Translations under genes and position numbers: made by a program | Source: an uncultured Planctomycetaceae bacterium | Lineage (GTDB): Bacteria > Planctomycetota > Planctomycetia > Isosphaerales > Isosphaeraceae | DNA: 64,000 bases | Assembly (NCBI GenBank): GCA_963833985.1 | Contig: CAWIAD010000002.1 | Location: 3,360,001-3,424,000 of the forward strand | Reading direction: 5' to 3' | The notes under the pieces: generated by a model | What the model was told of the DNA's origin: nothing | The model's input: only the letters and a program-made list of their open reading frames with translations | Database searches by the model: none | Shown: positions 22,319 through 31,498 of the stretch, piece after piece | Numbering within the stretch: the first letter of the stretch is position 1 | Layout of the letters: each line of letters begins with the position of its first letter

Positions 22319-24474
22319 TCACTTCGGCTCCGGTGCCTTCGGCTCCAGCTCGTCGATGTTCTTACCAGGCGTCAGCTTCTTGCCGGCGAGGCCCGGGTAG
22401 TCCGGATCGTAGCGGTAGGCACGGAACACGCTGCCTCCGCCCGGAGGCCCGCCGAATCCCGGAGGCCCGCCAAATCCCGGAGGCCCGCCAGGACCACCGG
22501 GAGGCCCGCCAGGACCACCGGGAGGCCCGCCAGGACCACCGAATCCGGGAGGTCCCCCGGGACCGCCACCGGGCGGGGGACCACCGTCAGGTCCGGGACC
22601 GGCACCAGGTGGTCCTCCCGGACCGCCCGGCCGACCATGACCGAACCCCGGCGGGCCGCCCCGCGCAAAGTCGTCGCGCATCCGCTTGAGCTGGTCTTTC
22701 TGCCTGGCCGAAAGCAGCGTGTCGAGCTTCACGTCCACCCGCTTCTGCAACTGCACCACCTGGCTTTTCTGATCGGGGGTGAGCTTCAGCAAGATCTGGG
22801 TGGGAAGCGTCATGAGCTGGCCGGGAGGGGTGAACGCCCCGGGCCCGAAGCTGCCGCGAGTCTCGAGCCTTTTATGCTGGTCGGCCGACAGCAAGGCCTG
22901 CAAGCTGTCGCCCACTTCCTTCTGGAACGCGTCCAGGTCCTTGCGCTGCTGGGACGAAAGGTTGAGCATGTCTCTGAGGAAGAAGGGGAGCACGTCGCCA
23001 GGCCGGGGCGGTCCGAACGGTCCTCCCGGTCCCATGCGCTCCTGCACCGGATTGACGTACTTCCAGACGATCTTGCCCGCCGGCGTGACCTCGAAGATCG
23101 TGCCGTTGTTCCCCGAGCAGATGAGCGTATCGCCGTTGGGAAGCCGCTGGGCACCGGAGATCGTGGCCGAGAAGAAGTCGGACCTCTTCGGTGCCGAGTA
23201 GCTCCAGAGCGGCTTGTCGGGTCCGAAGGGTGCACCCTCGGCGCGCGTGTAATGTCCGGAGGAATCTACCGGCAAAGCAATCTCCTCGACCGACGAGTAC
23301 TCGCCGCCGGGACGCCTCATGCCGTTGTTGTAGAGCAGGATGTGGCCCGCACCCGGTCGTCCTTTGGGAATCCAGTGCGTGTTGTGCTGATGGAAGAGCT
23401 GCTGATCCTGCGCGGATCCCGCACGATAGCGCGCGGGTTTCCCCAGCGGTAGAGCAGGTCGCCTCCCTTGCCGGAGCGGCCGCCCTGATGCCCGGCGGCT
23501 TCCGCGGTCGTGGTGCTGTGGTCGATGATCCAGAACTCGCTGAAGCCATGCACGCTCATGACAATCTGGTCCAGTTCCGGGTTGTAGTCCACGCCGTTGA
23601 TGTGGGTCCAGTCCGGCTCGAACCGCTGCGGTCCCCCCTTCCTGCCCGCCGGAGAACCGCCCAGGTAGCCGATCGACTTGAGCTTGTCGATCCCCGCCTT
23701 GGTGGCCAGCAAGGGCGCGATCGCGTTGTCGTCGTAGTTGATGTCCACCCGCTCCGGATGCTCGGCCACCTTCCCGTAGTTTGGTTTGGCCGCATCGTAA
23801 TCCTGGATCAGGTGGTCCCAGAGGTGCCACTCCCAGACAACCTCGCCGGTCGTCTTGCCGGTCGGCTTCACTTCGTAGAGCGCATCGAGCTGGAACGGCC
23901 GGTCGCCGGTCAGCTCGGCCTTGCGGCCGGCCGCGACGGCCTCCTCGGGCGTCTTCCGGTCCCAGACGATGAGCACGACATGGCCGCTGGGCAGCTTCAT
24001 GATGTCGTGATGGGGAAGCTGCTTCTCGTTGGCGAAGCGGTAGTCCCACACCAGGGAACCGTCCCAGGTGAACTCCTGGACCCGGCCACCGGCACCAGGG
24101 CCTCCGCCAAACGGCTGGTCCCGCAGCTCTGCCGGTCGCAGCAGGTGACCATTTTCCAGCAAATAAGCGCTCAGGGCGGGGTGCGCATCGCTATCCCAGG
24201 TCCGTACGGCACGTCCCTGCATGTCGATCAGGTAGGTCTTCAGCGACTTCATCGGTGCCAGCAGAGTATACCCCTGGAACGCTCCGGGATCGTTCGTCAC
24301 CAGGCCCCGCTTGACCTTCGGCTGGTCGCTCGACCCGCCCGGACCGTCCGCCTGCGCGGCACCCGCGCCCTTGATCGACAAGGCGAGGCCAGCGGCGAGA
24401 ATGGCAATGGCCGTGGAAAGCGTTGCCGCGATCTGCATCGCCGGACGCATCCAGCTCGTGGTCCGCACTCTCAT
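22319..24474 (-). CDS. Aryl-sulfate sulfotransferase (ASST family) with helical and Gly-Pro-rich C-terminal extension; frameshift near 23428
   Basis: Signal peptide; GYTLLAP, HHD, DWTHINGVDY, YRWGNP, QHNTHWI, SGAQRLPNGDTLI and VFRAYRY. Confidence 0.87.
22435..22665. repeat. Coding GGPPG(F)/GGP tandem repeats
   Basis: 18-bp and 21-bp units such as ccggaggcccgccgaatc and ccgggaggcccgccaggacca within the sulfotransferase tail. Confidence 0.85.
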
Positions 24475-24542
24475 GGAAACGACCCTCCCCGGACGGCTCC
24501 TGGCATGTTGAAGGGACCTGCTCGGTCACCGAGCGTCCGAGG

Positions 24543-24568
24543 ATTCTAGCAAGGCCCCGCGCGGCCTT
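24543..24568 (-). promoter_or_regulatory. Extended -10 promoter with adjacent palindrome
   Basis: TGcTAGAAT on the minus strand about 70 bp upstream of the sulfotransferase, abutting AAGGCC-N6-GGCCTT. Confidence 0.45.
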
Positions 24569-24841
24569 CCGTAAAAGAATGTCAAGAGCCGCGAGGCACG
24601 ACCGCACACGGAACGCGACGCCAGATCCTGCCGGATGGAACAGAACGATCTGAAGCTTCACTCCGGGACGGCGGTACGGCAAACCTTGCGGGTTTCGTCA
24701 GGCGGGGTGGCCTGTTGTTGCATTCGGTCGGTAGATTATTTACCCTAGTTTGCGGGCACACCTGTGATTTACCAACTTTGATCCGCGGAAGGCTGCACCG
24801 TGTGTTCCTGATCCGCGGTCGAGTCCCTGGAGATTGATGAG

Positions 24842-25174
24842 ATGAAGAGAGCCTTTTTGACATTCGTTCTGGGCGGCTTGATGGGCTCGTTCCTGCTGGC
24901 GGGCGATGCTCAGGCCTGCCACAAGAAGAAGTGCACCTGCGCCCCGACCTGCGTGACGGTCATGCCGGCCCCGGCTCCCGCTCCCGTGTGCGAGCCGACG
25001 TGCGCGCCGAAGAAGAAGTGCGGGATGTTCTCGTGCTTCAAGGGCATGAAACTCTGCCACAAGAAGGCCACGTGCGTGACATCGGCACCCTGCGAGACCG
25101 TCGCCTATTCGGCCCCCATGACCTATGCGGCTCCCGCCGTTTATTCCTCCCCCCAGGCGTCGGCTCAGCACTGA
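24842..25174 (+). CDS. Small secreted Cys/Lys/Pro-rich protein
   Basis: RBS GGAG, signal peptide ending AQA, mature part CHKKKC...CAPKKKC...CHKK. Confidence 0.85.
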   Translation: MKRAFLTFVLGGLMGSFLLAGDAQACHKKKCTCAPTCVTVMPAPAPAPVCEPTCAPKKKCGMFSCFKGMKLCHKKATCVTSAPCETVAYSAPMTYAAPAVYSSPQASAQH

Positions 25175-25296
25175 GCACCGCTTCCTTCCCGATCATTACC
25201 TGATCAAGGCATGCTCCGTGTGTGAGTGCTTGCGGAAGCATGCGCGGCAAACGCTGGCCGGACGCGGGCACACGACTCTCGCGTCCGGTCTTGCTT

Positions 25297-27017
25297 TCAC
25301 CTCGACAGCGCTGGCAGGCCGGATTCCCGCTCCGCCTTTGCGTACTCCGTCATCGCAAAGATCCAGACGAGCGGCACACCGAACTTCGGGACCGCGTAGG
25401 CCGGGCTTGCATGCTCTACCAGCCACCGGTCCATCGCCGACCAGGCGCTGGGCGATTCTGAAGCACGTACCATGCGGGCAGGCCGCGGTCGAGCGGCTCC
25501 AGCCGGTGCGGCAACTCGCCGACTTGCCGCAGGTACAGCCAGGACGTGGGGAAGCTTGCAAAACGGACCGTCTCACCAGGATGCGTCTGCTCCCGCAGCC
25601 ACTGCCGCGCCCGAGCATCCAGCGCGTCCCAGTAATACGTGGGTTCCATGCCCAGGCGCACGGCGCCGGGAAGGCCACAGGCCAGCGGGCTGAAGTACGA
25701 TAGCGGGACGGGCATGAAAAGGCAGACGCTGGCGACGGCCTCGGCCATGGCGGCCGCCACCAGCATCCGGGCACGGCCACCGAGGGCGTCGATGGCCTGC
25801 CTCGCTCCCATCGCAACCAGGAACGAGAGAACTCCGAAGGCCGGCAGGAAGAGGCGCACACCGTCGTGACCGGGTGTGTGCGGCAAGGCCCTGAGCACGA
25901 TCAGCAGCACCCAGTTTGCCACGACCAGCACGCCGATGCGGTCGGTCTGGCGCTGGCGAAGTCCCCGCAACGTACCCAGTATGGCCAGCAGCAGCAGGCC
26001 GACCGGGGTCACCAGGACGGTCCAGACCAGCGTGTTGTACCAGGGGAGCGATTCTCGGGGCGTGAGATAGACCAAGCCCAGGAACTGGACCGGGATGGGG
26101 ATGGTCTGCCCTCGTGAGAGGTTCGAGTCGAAGAAACGGAGCACGCCCGCCAACGGCTCGGTCCACCAGGGGGGATTGCAGATCAGCAGCACGCCGAGAG
26201 CCAGCGGCAGCCCGAGCAACAGGGCGAGCGCTGCGCGGCGGTCGCGCGTCCATGCCGTCCAGAACAAGAAGGGCAGAGGCAGGAACCAGCCGGTGAGCTT
26301 CGTCGCCTGGGCACAACCCAGCACCAGCCCGAAGACGAGTGTGGCTGCCGCATGCGGTCGGCGGTCGCGGCCCGAGCCTGATCTTCCCGCATCCGACCCT
26401 GGCGGCACCGCCTCGGCGAAAGCCATGATCGCCAGGGCCCAGAGCGACGTGAGCACGCCGTCATAGGCAGCGTAATGTCCGTGGCCGAAGAGGTTGGGCT
26501 GAAAGACCCAGGCGGCAGCAGCCGCCAGCCCGGGCACCAGGCCCCAGCGCCGGGTGCAGAACCAGAACAGGAACCCGGCCGTCACGCTGAAGAGCGCGAT
26601 GGGGCCGAGCCGCGCGCGGGGCAGGTCCTGCCAGGAGGGCGTTAGCAGGTCGCCCAGCAGACCCAGCAACGCATAAAAGGGCGGGTGGCCATGGGGCTCG
26701 GCCCGCGCGAACGGCCAGAAGTAGGCGAGCACCTGGGTGTCGAGGAGCAGCTTGCCCCGCGTATTGACGGCTTCCGGAGCAGGGGCGGACGCTCCCGCCT
26801 GCTGGACCAGCTCCAGGGTGGGAGGCGTCCAGTGCCTGGCGAAATCGGCCGGATCTCGCAGGGCGTGGAACCAGGTACGCAGCCTGGCCTCGCGGCCCAG
26901 GGTGTAGCCCTCGTCCCAGACGATCGCCATCCGCGGTTCGGTGGCCAGCATGATGCCGAGGGTGGCAAGGCCCACCCCCAGGCTCGCCATCACCAGACGG
27001 CCATCAGAACGTCTCAT
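25297..27017 (-). CDS. Second GT-C (ArnT/GT39-like) glycosyltransferase; frameshift near 25448
   Basis: VWDEGY, GHPPF, HDGVRLFLP, LSYFS and EPTYYWD; paralogue of 14458-16822; the repaired end reads QNRPGAWS...LSR*. Confidence 0.82.
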
Positions 27018-27068
27018 GAGCGTGCCGGCACCATGCTGCGTGTTGCCTGCCGGGCCGCGGCAGGCGGG

Positions 27069-27584
27069 CTAGTGTTCGATACCGGCCGGGACCAGCTCCG
27101 GCATGACGCCCACACCGGTCGCCGCGGGCTCATGCGAGCGTATCAGCGCCACTTCCTGGCAGCTCGGGAAGAGCGGGCAGCGCACGCACTCGTTCCAGAT
27201 CTTGTGAGGTAGCTCGGCCTTGTCAATCTGGCGGTAACCGCAGTGCTCGAAGAAGCCGACGGCGTAGGTGAGGGCGAACACGGAGGCGATCTCCAGTTCG
27301 CGGGCCGCCTCCCAGCAGGCGTCGACCAGCCGGCGGCCCAGGCTCTGACCCTGGACTTCCTCGGCCACGGCCAGGCACTTCAGCTCGGCAAGATCCTCCC
27401 AGAACACGTGCAAGGCAACACACCCGACGACCCGGTTCGCGTCGTCCACGGCCACGAGGAACTCGCGGATCGACTCGTAAAGCTCTCCCATCGACCTCCG
27501 GATCATCAGCTTCCGGTCGGCGAAGGTCCTGATTAGCTCATAAATTGCGGGTACATCACCAACACGAGCGGGACGGATGTTCAA
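27069..27584 (-). CDS. argA: Short GNAT amino-acid N-acetyltransferase (ArgA-like)
   Basis: LAELKCLAV, VFALTY, LPHKIWNECVRCP; TTG start after GGAGGT. Confidence 0.8.
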   Translation of the reverse strand: MNIRPARVGDVPAIYELIRTFADRKLMIRRSMGELYESIREFLVAVDDANRVVGCVALHVFWEDLAELKCLAVAEEVQGQSLGRRLVDACWEAARELEIASVFALTYAVGFFEHCGYRQIDKAELPHKIWNECVRCPLFPSCQEVALIRSHEPAATGVGVMPELVPAGIEH

Positions 27585-27684
27585 CCGAGGAACCTCCCGG
27601 GCCGGCCTTCAGGCCGAAAAATGACGAGAAGCGTTCACCGCGGACTCCACAGCCTGCGATAAACGCTCCGGTCGGAACATCCCA

Positions 27685-27712
27685 ATTCTAGGAAATCCAG
27701 TCGCGGAATCAA
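27685..27712 (-). promoter_or_regulatory. Sigma70-type promoter of the GNAT gene
   Basis: TTGATT-N16-TAGAAT on the minus strand. Confidence 0.5.
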
Positions 27713-27799
27713 GGAAAGCTCGAGTCGGCGTGGACCGCGGCCGCGCTGGCCGCAACAGAGCCTGGCGGACGGCGATGAGAGGGGCGGGGCCATAGGGCC

Positions 27800-28489
27800 C
27801 TAGCGCACCAGAGGTGCTGCCTTGGCAGCAGCAGTCGCCGCGGCAACCGCTGGCAGGGCGGCCCGGCCGGCGGGCTCCGGCGCCGCTCGCTCACTCTCCG
27901 CGCAGGCGCGGAGGGGCAGTACGTGATTCTGATAGTATTCCACCATCCGGCGATAGTCGGGCCCGTGGGTGACCTTCACCAGTCCGACGGTCCTGGCGAC
28001 CTCGTCGGTGGCCTGGTCGAGCGTCCATCCGCAGAACCGGGTGCGATAGGCAATCTGCACCATCGAGGCCCGGTTCAGCCCGTGGTGGCAATGGAAGAAG
28101 ATCGGGTAGTTCCCGGGGTCGGCAAGCACGCCGGCGGCCTCGTCCAGCAGCTCGCCGAGCGTGCGGGGATTGGCCATGTTCCGCTCGTCGATGATCGGAA
28201 TATGAATCCAGCGCAGCCCGAGCTCGGCGGCCAGCTCGCGCTCGCTCACCGACAGCGGGTGATCGTCGGGATGGGCCAGCGCCAGAACCGTGCGAATCTT
28301 GCACTGGCTGACGATCCGACGCATCGGCCAGTTCTTCTGCCAGGCTCCGCGATAGATCTTGCCGGGTTCGACGACCGCGAATTCGCGTGCAAGGACATAG
28401 TCATGGCCATGCCTCCACGTCTGCTCGCCCGCCAGGGCGAGCAATCCAGCAGCCAGTCCACGACGAACCCAGGTCCTGCGGGTAGTCAT
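27800..28489 (-). CDS. Protein tyrosine/dual-specificity phosphatase-like protein
   Basis: P-loop HCHHGLNRAS (CX5R) and VVEPGKIYRG. Confidence 0.85.
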   Translation of the reverse strand: MTTRRTWVRRGLAAGLLALAGEQTWRHGHDYVLAREFAVVEPGKIYRGAWQKNWPMRRIVSQCKIRTVLALAHPDDHPLSVSERELAAELGLRWIHIPIIDERNMANPRTLGELLDEAAGVLADPGNYPIFFHCHHGLNRASMVQIAYRTRFCGWTLDQATDEVARTVGLVKVTHGPDYRRMVEYYQNHVLPLRACAESERAAPEPAGRAALPAVAAATAAAKAAPLVR

Positions 28490-28837
28490 CCGGCCGGTCT
28501 CCTCAGAGCTCAGTGCCAGCGGCGACGTCGACTTCGGCCTGCTTCCCGAGGAGGTCGCTGGGAGCTTCCGGCGAAGGCGGCGGATCGTAACATGTCTTCC
28601 TGGCGCGAACAAGCCAGACCGTAGGCCCGTTGCCCGGCCTTGATCGAGCTTGTTTCTCATCGTCGCCGGTCCCCGGAGCTCTCCAGAAAATCCGAAAAAA
28701 CCGGGGCACTGTCAATTCGCGGTCGCGAAAACCGAGCAAGCTGGTATGGTTTGCTCTCGCGATCGACACCGGACGTGCCGGTCGCTGGCCGCTGATTCCT
28801 GGTCGAGTGCGGCTGGCAAGACGGGAAAGGACCGGGC

Positions 28838-30302
28838 ATGATGATAGGGCTTCAGACCAAGATCTTGCGCCTCGATCGTGCAGCGAAGACTCCGGAGTTT
28901 TCCTTGCAGCCCCGAGCCGAACGACCCAGCGGACCGATCTCGCGGGTGGTGGGCCTCTACCAGTCGCTGCTCCGGAAGACCCTGGAGCATTTCTTCCCCA
29001 ACGCCATCCTGGAGGTCGAGGGCGACCGGAGCGTGATCGACTGGGATGGCTCGCCCGAGGAGGAACATTTTCGCTTCAGGGACGACCTCGACGGGATCGG
29101 GCTCCAGATCGACTGGCTGGGCACGCGCTTCAACTTCCGGCCCGAGAGCCCGGCACCCTTGCTGCCGCTGGAACGGCGGCTGGTCGAGGTCGTCGTCCAG
29201 GCCCTCGACCACCGCTTCCGCGGACTCTTCGACCTGAGCCTGGATGATCGCCTTGTGCGGTTCGAGTACCTCAATGAAGATCTCATCGTCTCCGACTTCC
29301 TCCAGCCGCCCAGTCCCTCCCGGGTACCCGCGGCGCTCGAGCGCACTGCGCGTGGCTGCCCTGTCGACCTATGAGAACCGGCGGCTCTCCACCGGTGCGC
29401 TCTTGCTGGGAACCGATCAGGATCCGGCCGACCCCCATCGAAAAAACACCCAGGGCGCACCCCGGTTCAACGCCCGGCTGACGGCCATCAAGGGCTTCCA
29501 TCGCCTCTGCGACGGCGTTCAAACCCAGTTCATCGTCGACGTTCAGGGCAATTTGCTGCGCATGGCCGACATCGAGCAATGGGCGCGCCTGGTGCAGGGC
29601 TCCGAGCCGCCCGAGCATCCCTGTCCGCGTCAGTACGAGAGCCATGCCAAGGCCACGCGCACGGGTGGCCACGTCTGCCTCATGCTCACCCCGAGCCAGG
29701 AGATCAAGGTCTTCGCCGGCGGAACCATGGTCTTCAGCCTGAGCGATGCACGCTGGCGGCTGCTCGATATCCCCAGCAAGTTCGCGGCCTGGCGCCAGGC
29801 CGTCGGCACTTCCACGCCCCCCGACCTCGCTCTCTGGCTGTTCCAGGCCGCCCTGAACCTGAGCGAGGCCCGTACCGGAGCCCTCTTCGTGGTGGTTCGC
29901 GACCAGGAACGCGCGGTCCGCGACCTGATTCCCCCGGCCGATCGGATGACCGAGGAGGAAGTCGCCGACGATCCGCAGGACCCGGAAAACCTCTCCCCGC
30001 GGATGGCCAAGCGCGCGCTGCACCACGCCGTCCGAGGCGCCACCCTCTGCGACTTCGAGCCCGCGGTGCTCGAGGCCATCGCCAGCCTCGATGGCGCCGT
30101 GGTGGTTGGTTCGGATGGCCGCCTGCTCACCTTCGGTGCGATCCTCAAGATCGCCCCGGACACGCTTCAGCTCGTGCGCTCGGTGCAGGGAGCGCGCACG
30201 CTCGCCGCCCTGGCGGCCTCACAGTTCGGCCCGGTCCTGAAGGTCAGCCAGGACGGCTACCTGACGATGTTCCTCAAGGGGCGCCGGGTCTGGGAGCTGT
30301 GA
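28838..30302 (+). CDS. DisA_N/DAC (diadenylate cyclase) fold protein with N-terminal extension; frameshift near 29342
   Basis: GALFVV, ASLDGAVVV, FGAIL, GARTLAA and KVSQDG. Confidence 0.75.
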
Positions 30303-30370
30303 ACGCGGGGAACGCAATCCCGGGCTGATCCGGGAATGCGCCCCCTGCCGGGTTTGTCGTCTGCCTCAGC

Positions 30371-31423
30371 TCAGATGGTTTCCATGATCTTCGCCAGGGC
30401 TTCCGGACCGGGCCGCAAGGCCGGGCCGTCGAGCAGGGCCAGGGGCGTCTGCACGACATTCAGGTTCGTGATGAAGTCCGGATGCTTGGTGTCCAGGTAG
30501 AGCATGCCGGTGAGCAGCTCTTCCTTGTGCCGCGCCTGCTCCAGCAACTGGAGGGCGGAGCCGCGGTCGGTGACGTTATGCTCGTCGTGATGGAGGGCCC
30601 GGAGCGTGATCCACGAGCCGTCGTGAAGCTGCACGCGGGTTGCCTGGCCGGCCTTCTGCTCCACCTCGATCTCCGGCAGCCGCGGGACGAAACCCACCTC
30701 CTGGAGCTGCTCCTCATGCTCCTTGGCGTAGTCCCAGCTCTTGGTCGAGCCGTCGAAGTCATTGAACGTCACGCACGGACTGACGATGTCGAGGAACGCC
30801 GTTCCCTTGTGCTTGAGCGCGGCCTTGAGCAGGGGCACGAGCTGCTTCTTGTCGCCGGCGAACGACCGCGCCACGAACGTCGCGCCGGCCACCAGGGCTT
30901 CCATGCACAGATCGAACGGGGCCACGTTGTTCGGCTCGCCGCTGGACCGTCGGAGCGGGCTGTTCAGGTCGGCCGTGGCCGAGAACTGGCCCTTGGTCAA
31001 GCCGTAGCAGCCGTTGTCCTCGACGATGTACACCATGGGCACGTTCCGGCGGCAGGCGTGCTTGAACTGTCCCATGCCGATGTTCGCGGTGTCGCCGTCG
31101 CCGCTGATGCCGATGCAGACGAGCTTGTGGTTCGCGAGCAAGGCGCCCGTGGCGACCGACGGCATGCGCCCGTGCAGGGCGTTGAAGCCGTGGCTCGACT
31201 GCAAGAAGTACGCCGGGGTCTTGCTCGAGCAGCCGATGCCGCTGAGCTTGACGGTGAAGTAGGGGTTCACCCCAATCGACTTGCAGGCCTCGATCAGGTA
31301 GCTGGTGATGCTGTTGTGGCCGCAGCCCTTGCAGAGCGTGGACGGCAGCCCCTGGAAGGCGAGGGTCGGCAGGGAAAGGGTATGCCCGTTGGACTGGACC
31401 GTGATGGTCGCTTCGCTGGCCAT
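30371..31423 (-). CDS. korB: 2-oxoacid:ferredoxin oxidoreductase beta subunit
   Basis: LCKGCGH, SGIGCSS, GDGD TPP-binding motif and SPCVTFN. Confidence 0.93.
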   Translation of the reverse strand: MASEATITVQSNGHTLSLPTLAFQGLPSTLCKGCGHNSITSYLIEACKSIGVNPYFTVKLSGIGCSSKTPAYFLQSSHGFNALHGRMPSVATGALLANHKLVCIGISGDGDTANIGMGQFKHACRRNVPMVYIVEDNGCYGLTKGQFSATADLNSPLRRSSGEPNNVAPFDLCMEALVAGATFVARSFAGDKKQLVPLLKAALKHKGTAFLDIVSPCVTFNDFDGSTKSWDYAKEHEEQLQEVGFVPRLPEIEVEQKAGQATRVQLHDGSWITLRALHHDEHNVTDRGSALQLLEQARHKEELLTGMLYLDTKHPDFITNLNVVQTPLALLDGPALRPGPEALAKIMETI

Positions 31424-31498
31424 GGATTCATTGCCTCGATAAGAACATGTATTGAAAGAGTTCCGATATTTGCCCGCTGCAACGGTGACCGCCCCGGC

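Noticed and set aside
24670..24710. c-di-GMP-I riboswitch (GGCAAACC)
   Set aside because: The GAAA tetraloop stem and the second hairpin are missing.
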